From NCBI GenBank assembly GCA_963707505.1, contig CAVPQB010000002.1, positions 64,001 through 128,000 on the forward strand: a DNA stretch of 64,000 bases. The letters are read 5' to 3'. The position numbers and the translations under genes were made by a program. This document shows positions 10,050 to 19,276 of the stretch, in pieces. How positions within the stretch are numbered: position 1 is the first letter of the stretch; every line of letters begins with the position of its first letter. This DNA is from an uncultured Gemmatimonadales bacterium (GTDB lineage Bacteria > Gemmatimonadota > Gemmatimonadetes > Gemmatimonadales > Gemmatimonadaceae). Under the pieces are notes generated by a model. It made no database searches and was not told where the DNA came from. It saw nothing but the letters and a program-made list of their open reading frames with translations.

Positions 10050-10273
10050 GATTTGCGGTGTCTGGGGGACTGGTGTACCGGAGTCAATGATTCCACGCAG
10101 GTGGGATACGCACAATCGCAAATGCGACGAATGACGCCATGGAGCCGATGAACGACGCTCCTCCACGACGAGTCCGCGCGAGAATCCCGGGGCAACCATC
10201 GCAGGCGCAAGGGGTCTAATCTGGTGCAAGCTTCACTCTTGCGAGGAATGCGCCTCCCGCATATTGGTATCGC

Positions 10274-11050
10274 ATGCGTCTCATAGTTGTAGAAGATGAA
10301 CCGATCGCGCGTGATGGCCTCTGCGCCCTGCTCGCAGCCGAGCAATCGGTTGAGGTCGTCGGCTCGTTCGCGAGCGCCGAAGCGGCGCGGCGCGGAGTCC
10401 GCAGCGCCCTGCCTGACGGAATGTTCGTCGACGTCGAGATGCCCGGTGAAGGAGGCATGGACTTCGTGCGCTCCATACCTGCCGCTTCGCGTCCACACGT
10501 CGTCTTCGTAACCGCGCACGAGAACTACGCGGCGAAAGCGTTCGACGTCGAGGCAATCGACTATGTTCTCAAGCCGATAGATGAACGACGGCTCGCCGAG
10601 GCTGTCGAGCGTGTTCGACGGGCGATCGACACAGGTGCGAACGCGCGCATGCATGCACGTATGCATGCACGACTGAAAGAAGTGCTTGCAGACGGCCTTG
10701 AACATGATAGTGAATATCTCACACGGATATCCACGCGTGTCGGGGATAGGCTCGTTGTCGTGAAGCTGTCCGACGTATCATGGATCGAGGCCGATGGCGA
10801 CTACATGCGCGTGCATTCGAAAGGGCGTGCGCTGCTCGTACGCATGACGATGCGAGAACTGGAGCGCCGTCTCGACCCTTCCCTGTTCATGAGAGCGCAT
10901 CGATCGGCGCTCGTGAACATCGAGTTCGTAGCTGGCGTGGAGCTGCTTCCGCACGGCGAGCACGTAGCCATGTTGTGTGACGGCGCTCGGGTTCGTATTG
11001 GCAGAACCTACAGGTCGGCGTTGTTCGAGGCACTGGGAGAACGGACGTGA
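10274..11050 (+). CDS. LytTR family response regulator
   Basis: REC domain (VEDEP, DVEMP, FVTAH, DYVLKP) plus LytTR domain (WIEADGDY, FMRAHRSALVN). Confidence 0.93.
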   Translation: MRLIVVEDEPIARDGLCALLAAEQSVEVVGSFASAEAARRGVRSALPDGMFVDVEMPGEGGMDFVRSIPAASRPHVVFVTAHENYAAKAFDVEAIDYVLKPIDERRLAEAVERVRRAIDTGANARMHARMHARLKEVLADGLEHDSEYLTRISTRVGDRLVVVKLSDVSWIEADGDYMRVHSKGRALLVRMTMRELERRLDPSLFMRAHRSALVNIEFVAGVELLPHGEHVAMLCDGARVRIGRTYRSALFEALGERT

Positions 11051-12177
11051 AAATACATCGCACTGCGATCACCGCTGCACTTGTCTCATTCTCCATCGCC
11101 ACAGTACTCGGCATTATTGCCAGCGCGCATCATCATGCGATGATGATTGCGGAAGGAAGCCCAATGCCGTGGCGGCATGCTGCGGTGATGGAGATGCCAT
11201 TCTGGTACGCTGCAGCGATACTGACTCCCGCACTCGTGTGGATACTGCATCGCCTTCCCGACCGCACGCATGGCCTGACGAGAGTGGCTGAACATGTAGC
11301 GATCGCACTGGCGTGGGTGACCTTGCAAACCGCGCTCGAGATGGGAGCGCGTACGATGCTTGGGACTGGTCTCAGCGGCCCCAGCCCCACGCTTTTGCAA
11401 CTGATCGTCGACTCGCTCGCGAATGGATTTACGGGCAGGCTGCTCATATACGGCCAGGTGGTGGGAGCCATCTATGCCTTCACGTATTACGATCGGTATC
11501 GCGAGCGCGAGCTGGCAGCTGCGCAACTGGAGACGCAGCTTGCGGAGGCACGGCTGCGCATGTTGCGCATGCAGCTCAATCCGCACTTTCTATTCAATTC
11601 GATGAACACGATTGCTATGCTCGTCAGAGCTGGACGGTCATCGGAGTCCGTGACGATGCTCCTTGCATTGAGCACGTTGATGCGAGACGCGCTGCGCGAT
11701 GACGCGCCTGACAGTGGCCCGCTGGAAGATGAGCTGAACCTTCTCAACCGCTATGTCGGCGTCGAGCAGGTGCGCTTTGGTGGAAGGCTCGCCTTCGACG
11801 TTGACGTTCCCGAGTCGCTCATGACTGTAACGGTGCCGAGCTTTCTGTTGCAGCCACTCGTGGAGAACGCGATTCGGCATGGCCGAGCGGCGTCGGATGG
11901 CGCCGCAGCCATAGGGGTTCACGCGGAGCGTATTCAGGACAGGCTCGTGCTATCGGTCTGGGATGACGGAGCCGCGGTCACGGTTCCGGCCAACGAGCCG
12001 CACGAGCCGCACGAGCGGCACGAGCCGTGCGAGCCTCACGGCGTCGGCCTTACGAACGTGCGCGATCGTCTGCTGCAGCTTTACGGCGCGGCGCACTCGT
12101 TCGAGATCGGACGGATGGACAGCCGCACCATTGCGAGGATCTCGATTCCGATTCAGTTCGCGGCTGCGGTGAGCTGA
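11047..12177 (+). CDS. LytS/YehU-type sensor histidine kinase
   Basis: N-terminal TM segments. QLNPHFLFNSMN, LLQPLVENAIRHG, GVGLTNVRDRL. Confidence 0.92.
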   Translation: MKIHRTAITAALVSFSIATVLGIIASAHHHAMMIAEGSPMPWRHAAVMEMPFWYAAAILTPALVWILHRLPDRTHGLTRVAEHVAIALAWVTLQTALEMGARTMLGTGLSGPSPTLLQLIVDSLANGFTGRLLIYGQVVGAIYAFTYYDRYRERELAAAQLETQLAEARLRMLRMQLNPHFLFNSMNTIAMLVRAGRSSESVTMLLALSTLMRDALRDDAPDSGPLEDELNLLNRYVGVEQVRFGGRLAFDVDVPESLMTVTVPSFLLQPLVENAIRHGRAASDGAAAIGVHAERIQDRLVLSVWDDGAAVTVPANEPHEPHERHEPCEPHGVGLTNVRDRLLQLYGAAHSFEIGRMDSRTIARISIPIQFAAAVS

Positions 12178-12182
12178 CTGAG

Positions 12183-12279
12183 GCATAATCAACATATATG
12201 TTGATTATGCATTATTATACATATGAGTTTAAGAATCTTCTACCTGGAGGTTGAATCATGCAGATTAAATCTATAGATT
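12183..12279. promoter_or_regulatory. AT-rich palindromic operator region upstream of hipBA
   Basis: Perfect 28-bp palindrome GCATAATCAACATATATGTTGATTATGC (12183-12210) and AATCTATAGATT (12268-12279). Confidence 0.6.
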
Positions 12280-12304
12280 GAATTTATCCAACAGGAGAGC
12301 TCTC

Positions 12305-12577
12305 GTGGATTATCCCGTGCAGTCACCCGAACAGCTGGGCATCTACTTGCGCTCTCTGCGCAAGTCGCGTGGACTCACCCAGGGAGCACTCGGCAAAATG
12401 CTCGGAGTTTCTACGGCACGAGTCGCGTACATCGAACATCATCCTGGCACGGTCGGGAGCGGACAACTCCTTAAAATCCTGCACTTGCTCGGCGCACATC
12501 TCTACCTGGATGACGGAACGGCCAAACGTGACGCGCGCGCCAACACGCGGCAGCCAACAGCTGTAGGCGAGTGGTGA
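12305..12577 (+). CDS. hipB: HipB-like XRE antitoxin
   Basis: GTG start after AGGAGA. HTH LRSLRKSRGLTQGALG...VAYIE; C-terminal EW; TGATG overlap with hipA. Confidence 0.85.
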   Translation: MDYPVQSPEQLGIYLRSLRKSRGLTQGALGKMLGVSTARVAYIEHHPGTVGSGQLLKILHLLGAHLYLDDGTAKRDARANTRQPTAVGEW

Positions 12578-13953
12578 TGGCCCGAGCCATCAAGGCCCTC
12601 GATGTCTGGATGAACGGAGAACGTGTCGGAGTCTGGCAACCAAGCCGATCGGGGAATCCGACCTTTCAATACCACGAAGAGTGGCTCGCATCGGACATGG
12701 CTCGCCCGATCTCGCTATCGCTTCCATTCACGCCGGGGAATGAGCCACATCGAGGAGAATACGTCTCCGCTTGGTTCGACAATCTGCTCCCCGATAGCGA
12801 GCCGATTCGGAAGCGCATTGGGCAGCGATTTCACACGCCATCTCTGCAGACATTCGATCTTCTTGCTTCAATTGGAAGAGACTGCGTAGGCGCTGTACAG
12901 ATCGTTCCTGCCGGCGTCGATCCAGGCGACGTGAGACGTATCGACGCCGAGCAGATGACGGATGCCGAAGTCGCCGCTGTGCTGCGCGGTGTCACCGTGT
13001 CGCAGCCGTTTGGCGCGAACGATGACGACGAGCTCCGGATCTCCATCGCCGGTGCCCAGGAGAAAACGGCACTTCTGCGTATCGGTGACCGCTGGCATCG
13101 ACCGCGAGGTGCCACGCCGACAACACATATTCTGAAGCTACCTCTCGGCCTGATCGGGAACATGCGCGCGAACATGCGCGACTCCGTTGAGAACGAGTGG
13201 CTGTGTCTTGAATTCCTTCGTCTGCTCGGGCTCCCCGTGGCCAATGCCTCGATCGCGTCCTTCGAAGACGATGTGAGCGATGAAAAGGCACTGGTGGTCG
13301 AACGCTTCGATCGACAGCGCGTAAGTGCGACGGCAGATACGCCGGAGTGGATCGTACGCCTGCCGCAGGAAGACTTCTGTCAGGCAACCCGAACACCGCC
13401 TGACAGGAGATACGAAGGCGACGGCGGTCCCGGTATTTCGACAGGCCTCGCGTTGCTTGGCGGTGGAGAGAGATACCACGACGACGCTCTGACGTTCGCC
13501 AAGGCCCAACTGGCATTCTGGCTTCTGGCGGCGCCTGACGGGCACGCGAAGAACTTCTCCGTCTTTCTCAGGCGCAGCGGACACATCATGACGCCGCTTT
13601 ACGATGTGTTGTCGGCGTGGCCAATCATCGGCAGAGGACCGAACAAATGGGCGCAGCAGGATGTCAAGCTGGCAATGGCATTGCGCGGCAGACACACGCA
13701 TCGTCGTCTACACGAGATTGCCACTCGGCATTGGCGCTCGTTGGCCGCGAAAACCGGAACGAGGAACGCGTTCCAGCAAATGGTCTCGATGGTGGATACC
13801 GTCGACTCCGCGCTCGATGCGCTGGAGTCCTCTCTCGATGCCAACTTTCCCGAGCACGTGTGGTCGAGTATATCGAAAGGCGTCCGGTCGCAACGAGTCC
13901 GCTTCAAGAAGGGGCTCGAACATGGCAACGTCGGTGATACGATGCTCGCGTAG
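12577..13953 (+). CDS. hipA: HipA toxin kinase
   Basis: PISLSLP, FDNLLPD, IGRDCVGA, ISIAGAQEKTAL, THILK, LVVERFDR, QEDFCQA, DGHAKNFS, TPLYDV. Confidence 0.95.
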   Translation: MARAIKALDVWMNGERVGVWQPSRSGNPTFQYHEEWLASDMARPISLSLPFTPGNEPHRGEYVSAWFDNLLPDSEPIRKRIGQRFHTPSLQTFDLLASIGRDCVGAVQIVPAGVDPGDVRRIDAEQMTDAEVAAVLRGVTVSQPFGANDDDELRISIAGAQEKTALLRIGDRWHRPRGATPTTHILKLPLGLIGNMRANMRDSVENEWLCLEFLRLLGLPVANASIASFEDDVSDEKALVVERFDRQRVSATADTPEWIVRLPQEDFCQATRTPPDRRYEGDGGPGISTGLALLGGGERYHDDALTFAKAQLAFWLLAAPDGHAKNFSVFLRRSGHIMTPLYDVLSAWPIIGRGPNKWAQQDVKLAMALRGRHTHRRLHEIATRHWRSLAAKTGTRNAFQQMVSMVDTVDSALDALESSLDANFPEHVWSSISKGVRSQRVRFKKGLEHGNVGDTMLA

Positions 13954-13960
13954 CGTCGAA

Positions 13961-14006
13961 CCAGAGGCACCGGTCGGAATCGAACCGACGAATAGGAGAT
14001 TTGCAG
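13961..14006 (-). repeat. Displaced 3' half of tRNA-Cys (outer att site)
   Basis: 46-nt match to 48538-48583, from the anticodon loop to past the 3' end, with 2 compensatory T-stem differences. Confidence 0.92.
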
Positions 14007-14135
14007 GTTTCGACCGGGGTTTGCGACCTGTTGGAAACCTCTGCGATCGTCGGTGGCACCCGGTAGATATCGAGCTGACCTTTGCGATCCGTCAGGATAC
14101 GATGCGCGGACTTGCGCCTTTATGTACCCGAAAGG

Positions 14136-14226
14136 TGACGTGAGCCCCGAAAGCTGATCCAAAAGTTAGGTTGGTCCTCGAGCAAGGAGGACCGATGCGG
14201 AAGAGCAGATTTACGAACGAACGATC
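14136..14226 (+). mobile_element. IS3-family (IS407-like) left-end remnant
   Basis: TGACGTGAGCCCC.. end, GGAGG RBS, ATG at 14195 encoding MRKSRFTNE (cf. MRKSRFT-E/D-EQI of IS407-group OrfA), then broken. Confidence 0.6.
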
Positions 14227-14367
14227 GGGGCGGCTATATCGCTTGGCGCGGGCTCAAAAAGTGATATAATTTACACATACCCACATTATTGTGATTATTT
14301 TTCGCGATTAGTGAATGAATTAGGGCTTTTTCGATTCGTAAGAACCGAAAGCACCAAAGGTGAATAA

Positions 14368-16314
14368 ATGTCTGATCGAAACACTATGCGTGATGGAATT
14401 TCACAGAATGTGATGTCTTTTCACGGACGTCCACTCCCCGAACTTGCCTCACCTGTCGGATACGCCCGGCTCATCCACCTGTATGACCTTCAGCTGCCCA
14501 TCCCGCCTAGGCTAGCTGCCGTAGCGGTGCGGCACCACCCACAGTCAACCGACGAATGGTTGTTGGTTACCCCCAGACACAGGCCCGAGGAGACGCTGGC
14601 AGGGCAGTTGGAGTTTGCGCTCAAGTGGGAGGGCGTTGATCTCGGCGTAATCAACGCTCTGACCATGATTGTCCCGCCGGTAGAATTTGAGGCACTCATC
14701 CGAGCAACGCCGACCGGCAGCTACGCACGAAGGATTTGGTTCTTATATGAGTGGCTCACAGGTCAAACACTGGCACTTCCGAATGCGGGGAAGGTCCGTG
14801 CGGTGCCAGTGCTGAACCCGGTCCAGCAGTTCGCCCTTTCGAAGGGGACCATGTCGACACGACATCGCGTCATCGACAACCTTCCCGGTACGCGTGCATT
14901 CAGCCCACTTGTACGAAGGACGCAGGCCCTCAACGCAGTTGCCGCAAAACAGTTAAACCGCCGGGCCCGCGAGGTGCTGGGCCGCACGCATGGCGACGTC
15001 ATCGCGAGAGCAGCTGCATTTCTGCTCCTGAGCGATAGCCGCTCGTCTTTCGACATCGAGGGCGAGCACCCTTCGCGCCAGAGGACTGCGCGCTGGGCTC
15101 AGGCGATCGGGCAAGCTGGCGCTCGCCCGTTGAGCATCGACGAACTCGAACGCCTCCAGCAAATCGTCATTGGCGATGCCCGCTTCGTCCATCTCGGACT
15201 GAGGGAAGACGGCGGTTTTGTTGGCGACCATGACCGTCTCACCCAGGAGCCATTACCCGAGCACATAAGTGCACGTGCCAAAGACCTCCGAGATCTACTC
15301 ACCGGGGTCGTCGACTATGTATCCCGAGCCGTGGCAGGAGGTCTCGACCCTGTAGTTGCAGCAGCAACCGCGGCGTTCGGCTTTGTGTACATCCATCCAT
15401 TCGAAGACGGCAATGGTCGACTACACAGATGGTTGATCCATCATGCGTTGGCGATCACCGGTTATAACCCGCCCGGCGTCGTCTTTCCGGTAAGCGCAGC
15501 AATACTTCGTGAGCTTGATACCTACAAGCGCGTGCTCGAATCGTATTCCAAGCCGCTACTTCCATACATCAATTGGGAACCCACCGAACGCGGCAACGTG
15601 AACGTGCTGAACGAGACGGCTCAATATTACCGATACTTCGATGCCACCGCGCATGCCGAGTTTCTGTATCAGTGTGTCGCTACGACGGTGGAGCGGGACC
15701 TTCCAGACGAAGTTGCGTATCTCGAAGGCTATGATCGATTCGCGGCACGAGTACAGCTGATTGTAGACTTGCCAGCTCGCATGGTCGAGCTACTGCATGG
15801 CTTCCTGCAACAGGGACACGGTCATTTTTCCAAACGGGCGAGGGAGAAGGAGTTCGCAGCACTTACGGAAGAAGAAGTCAGAAGCATCGAGCAACTCTAC
15901 GCGGACTGCTTCACGCGCGAGCCCGCATCAAACACTCCAGTAACTCAGGAGAACAACGCTGCGGCTGCATCCTCGCCGCCCTCTGCGGCTGTGCTCTCCC
16001 CACTCCCAATATCGTTGCAACGGGGGCAACTGGTCGCCATCGCACGGCAACTTGTCACTCCAGTCGACATTCCAGCGCTAATAGCAGAAGGAATTATCGC
16101 GAAAGCGCGCGGCGCATGGTACGAAGTGATCGATGGGAAACGGTTGCCAGAACACGTCACCGCGCAAATTCACGAGTTCCGATTAGAAGTGGGAGAACAA
16201 GGGCAGCAACGCCAATTCGTCAAGATTCCACCGGTTCGCAAGAAAGCCCTGCGTCTTTATCGAGAACTCACGGGAGAAGACGCACCTATCGTTCCCCGCG
16301 AACCACGCACATAA
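14368..16314 (+). CDS. Fic family AMPylase (class II) with C-terminal extension, copy 1
   Basis: Catalytic motif HPFEDGNGRLHR and inhibitory motif SFDIEG. Confidence 0.93.
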   Translation: MSDRNTMRDGISQNVMSFHGRPLPELASPVGYARLIHLYDLQLPIPPRLAAVAVRHHPQSTDEWLLVTPRHRPEETLAGQLEFALKWEGVDLGVINALTMIVPPVEFEALIRATPTGSYARRIWFLYEWLTGQTLALPNAGKVRAVPVLNPVQQFALSKGTMSTRHRVIDNLPGTRAFSPLVRRTQALNAVAAKQLNRRAREVLGRTHGDVIARAAAFLLLSDSRSSFDIEGEHPSRQRTARWAQAIGQAGARPLSIDELERLQQIVIGDARFVHLGLREDGGFVGDHDRLTQEPLPEHISARAKDLRDLLTGVVDYVSRAVAGGLDPVVAAATAAFGFVYIHPFEDGNGRLHRWLIHHALAITGYNPPGVVFPVSAAILRELDTYKRVLESYSKPLLPYINWEPTERGNVNVLNETAQYYRYFDATAHAEFLYQCVATTVERDLPDEVAYLEGYDRFAARVQLIVDLPARMVELLHGFLQQGHGHFSKRAREKEFAALTEEEVRSIEQLYADCFTREPASNTPVTQENNAAAASSPPSAAVLSPLPISLQRGQLVAIARQLVTPVDIPALIAEGIIAKARGAWYEVIDGKRLPEHVTAQIHEFRLEVGEQGQQRQFVKIPPVRKKALRLYRELTGEDAPIVPREPRT

Positions 16315-16536
16315 ATTCGCATTGACACGACGAATTCGGTGCTCGGCCCATTATGCGCACGACACGAGTGGAGTATGTAGCGAGTCACAATCCGGACCGC
16401 TCTATCAACCCGAGACCGCGCCCTTGCAGGACCACACCCGCGCGCGACAGAGCGAAATACGCTTAGTCGTTTGCGAAGCCGAGCGTAAACTCAGATAGCT
16501 ATGCCACGTAGTCGGTGTTAGCACTTCCCCGCCCAC

Positions 16537-16579
16537 GCTTCGGGAGCAAGAGGTCGCCGGTTCAAATCCGGCCACCCGA
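16537..16579 (+). repeat. tRNA-Pro(CGG) 3'-half fragment (att relic), copy 1
   Basis: GC-TTCGGGA-GCAAGAGGTC-GCCGG-TTCAAAT-CCGGC-CACCCGA. No D-arm or 5' acceptor strand. Confidence 0.8.
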
Positions 16580-16901
16580 CTGTGTAAGATGAAGCCTCAC
16601 GGCGCGCTGCCCGAGCCGTTCAGCAACTATTCAACCTTCCTTACGCTGTCTCAGGATTCGAGGACACCGGCGCCCGAGCTTCAAGGGGCCAGTCATCCGC
16701 ATTGAAGCCGTACGATGATTATCTCACGGCCGGGCCTCGCATCTATTCAGTCGAGACGCGACGCGCGTCGGATGTCAGACGCATTCACGGCGAGGGGAGA
16801 GGGGTTAAGGGAAACCATGGCTTCGTACCCTGTTTTTGCACCCAATCCCATTGCACAGCAATGGCGCTGCGCTCTAAATTGGCTTCCCACAATCACTTGC
16901 T

Positions 16902-16946
16902 CAGAGGCACCGGTCGGAATCGAACCGACGAATAGGAGATTTGCAG
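16902..16946 (-). repeat. Displaced 3' half of tRNA-Cys (junction att between the two elements)
   Basis: Identical to 13962-14006. Confidence 0.92.
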
Positions 16947-17443
16947 GTTTCGACCGGGGTTTGCGATCCATTGCTAATCTCTCCGATATTACCACGCGAC
17001 GCCCGGGCCAATCGTGGTGGCTTCTTGCGATCCATGAGGATGCGATGCGTCCATATGCGGCGATATGTACCCCGGGTGTACCCAACTTCGAGCGAACTCT
17101 AAAAACTGAGGATTCTTGTCGACGGGCGGCCTGAGGCACGCCTGAGTGTATGGATCTGAAATTTGGCGTCGCTACCTGATAAGAGCCTGTCGCCGGGCCG
17201 GATGCCTGTGGAGACGCTGCCGATCAGGTGCGGTTCCTAGCTCGCCCCCCAGGTCTTTCCTTGCTTCGTGCATCCACATACGGCGTCCTCGAAACCGGCT
17301 TCATGACAAATCTTCGCTGCGACGACCGGATCATCCGGTTTGGCGTACTGTGCCGAACGTCCATGCGCGCTGCGGGACGGTGTCGCGCGACCAATCGAGA
17401 GCGTGCGACAGTGGAACGTTAAGGGTCAGTGTGCGACACGAGA

Positions 17444-19276
17444 CTACATAGTTAAAGCGACTGCGTTCTGAGGGCTCAGTTGAAAGTCACCGTGCTTGGC
17501 TCGTGCACCTGATAGTTCCGCGTACAACCCTTCTGCTGTAACCAGTCGACGATGGGAACCTCGTTCTACAATTTCTCCGCCATCCACCACGCAGATTTCA
17601 TCGGCGTCCTCGATAGTACTTAACCGATGCGCGACGACTAAAACGGTACGGCCGACTCTAAGGCGTTCCATAGCGCGCTGAATAAATCGCTCACCGAGCG
17701 CGTCGATAGCCGACGTAGCCTCGTCAAATAACACGATCGGAGCGTTACGCAGGAATGCTCGCGCGATTGCGATCCGCTGTCGTTGACCGCCGCTCAGCGT
17801 CATTCCTCCCTCGCCGACGAGTGTGTTCAGCCCGTCAGGCAACTGCATTGCAAACTCGTTGACATATGCATCGGCCGCCGCCCTGTGGACCTCATCTTCT
17901 GTGGCACTAAGGCGTCCGTACAGGATATTCTCACGAATCGTTCCATAGAAGAGCTGGACTTCTTGAGGCACCAGAGCGATATGCGCCCGAAGAGATCTAA
18001 TTGTGAGTTTCCGAATATCAGTTCCATCAATGCAGATTGTCCCTTGCGATGGATCAGCGAAACGCAGGACTAAATTGACAATTGTAGATTTGCCCGCCCC
18101 GCTGACTCCAACGAGTGCGATTGTCTTGCCGGGCGACGCCACGAGCGTCACGCCGCGCAAGACTGTGCGCTGGTTCCCGTAACCAAACCATACGTTGTTA
18201 AAGCGAATTTCCCCATACGGATTGACTAAGACTCGTGCGTCCGAAGCGTCGACGACATCCGGCATCGCGTCGAGAAGTTCGAAGATGCGCACGGAAGCGC
18301 CGGTCGCTGCGCTTGTTGTGCTGTAGACTTGAGTCAATTCGGAGAAACACTGAGCAATAGTTTGCGAGTAAAAAAGAAAGGCAATCACATCTCCCGCAGA
18401 CAGTCGTCCAGCGATGACCTCTCGTCCTCCGAACCAAAAGAGCGCCACCAGCGAAAGGACCGAAATGAACTCGATTACCGCACCGAATACGGCGCCCGTA
18501 TATGCGACTCGACATGACTTTTGGAAAACCCCGTCAACTTCTTTTCGATATCGCTGTGCCTCGAACGGCTCGCGTGTGAACGCCTTGACAATACGGATCG
18601 ACACCAATGATTCGTGGGCGACCGCGCTAGCCTTTGCTAGGCCGTCTTGTACATCACGCGATAAGAACCGTACCCGCCGGCCAAAGTGCTTAGAAGTGAG
18701 AGTCGCAGCTGGGGCGCTTAATAACGTAATGACAGCCAGACGCCAATTGAGTGTGAGCATCACCCCAAGGGCGCCAACAAGTTTCGCAGATTGCAATATG
18801 GCGGCGATAATTACGTCGGTCACCACAGTACGGACGGCCGCAACATCGCTTGTGAGACGTGATGATAGGTCGCCTATACGTTCGGATGCAAAGTAGGACA
18901 CGCCGAGACTCTGCAAGTGTTCGTACACTCGCGCTCGAAGATCGGCGACGATGCGTTCACCCGTGGTTTTGAGCAATACACCACCGAGTGCCGAAAGGGC
19001 GCTTCGCGACGCAAGTAATGCGAGAAGCCAGACAGCGACGACAGTCAACTGCGCTGCGTTCCGATTCGTAAGCACTGAATCAAGTAACTTCTTCAAGCCC
19101 AGCGGAAAGACTAAGCCAACAAGGGCTCCGCTTACGGCAAGTGTTCCGGCCACGCTAATCCGTTTCCAATGACCGCGCCCAATGAAGAACAAGCGCCTCC
19201 ATGGCACCGTACTGTTCAGCGGGGAACGACGAGACTTAGCGTTACGAGCCTCATCGTTCGCCATTATGCGAATCAT
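17444..19276 (-). CDS. ABC exporter, fused TMD-NBD (LanT-like, no peptidase domain)
   Basis: GVSGAGKST, LSGGQRQRIAIARA, FDEATSA, VAHRLST. ATG at 19276 overlaps the LanKC stop (ATGA). Confidence 0.9.
   Translation of the reverse strand: MIRIMANDEARNAKSRRSPLNSTVPWRRLFFIGRGHWKRISVAGTLAVSGALVGLVFPLGLKKLLDSVLTNRNAAQLTVVAVWLLALLASRSALSALGGVLLKTTGERIVADLRARVYEHLQSLGVSYFASERIGDLSSRLTSDVAAVRTVVTDVIIAAILQSAKLVGALGVMLTLNWRLAVITLLSAPAATLTSKHFGRRVRFLSRDVQDGLAKASAVAHESLVSIRIVKAFTREPFEAQRYRKEVDGVFQKSCRVAYTGAVFGAVIEFISVLSLVALFWFGGREVIAGRLSAGDVIAFLFYSQTIAQCFSELTQVYSTTSAATGASVRIFELLDAMPDVVDASDARVLVNPYGEIRFNNVWFGYGNQRTVLRGVTLVASPGKTIALVGVSGAGKSTIVNLVLRFADPSQGTICIDGTDIRKLTIRSLRAHIALVPQEVQLFYGTIRENILYGRLSATEDEVHRAAADAYVNEFAMQLPDGLNTLVGEGGMTLSGGQRQRIAIARAFLRNAPIVLFDEATSAIDALGERFIQRAMERLRVGRTVLVVAHRLSTIEDADEICVVDGGEIVERGSHRRLVTAEGLYAELSGARAKHGDFQLSPQNAVALTM

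Larger units (their letters stand above)
14007..16946. mobile_element. Small (~2.9 kb) tRNA-Cys-integrated element: Fic gene plus IS stub, no integrase
   Basis: Bounded by tRNA-Cys fragments. Its left end (GTTTCGACCGGGGTTTGCGA...) and right-end module are homologous to the ends of the large element. Confidence 0.8.
14395..16946 (+). repeat. ~2.55 kb direct repeat, copy 1 (copy 2 at 46032-48583)
   Basis: Colinear near-identity at an offset of 31637 nt, covering Fic, the spacer and the tRNA-Cys 3' half. Confidence 0.95.

Noticed and set aside
11992..12039. 9-bp tandem repeat (EPH)n in the LytS kinase, and an ARMH repeat at about 10643-10671
   Set aside because: Short in-frame linker expansions with no evidence of phase variation.
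16510..16580. Complete tRNA-Pro gene
   Set aside because: No D-arm or matching 5' acceptor strand, and the 3' acceptor strand is one base short. It is a fragment only.
16320..16900. Integrase remnant between Fic and the att site
   Set aside because: No HxLRH or catalytic Tyr motif recognised in the frames I checked. An HMM search is needed to exclude it fully.
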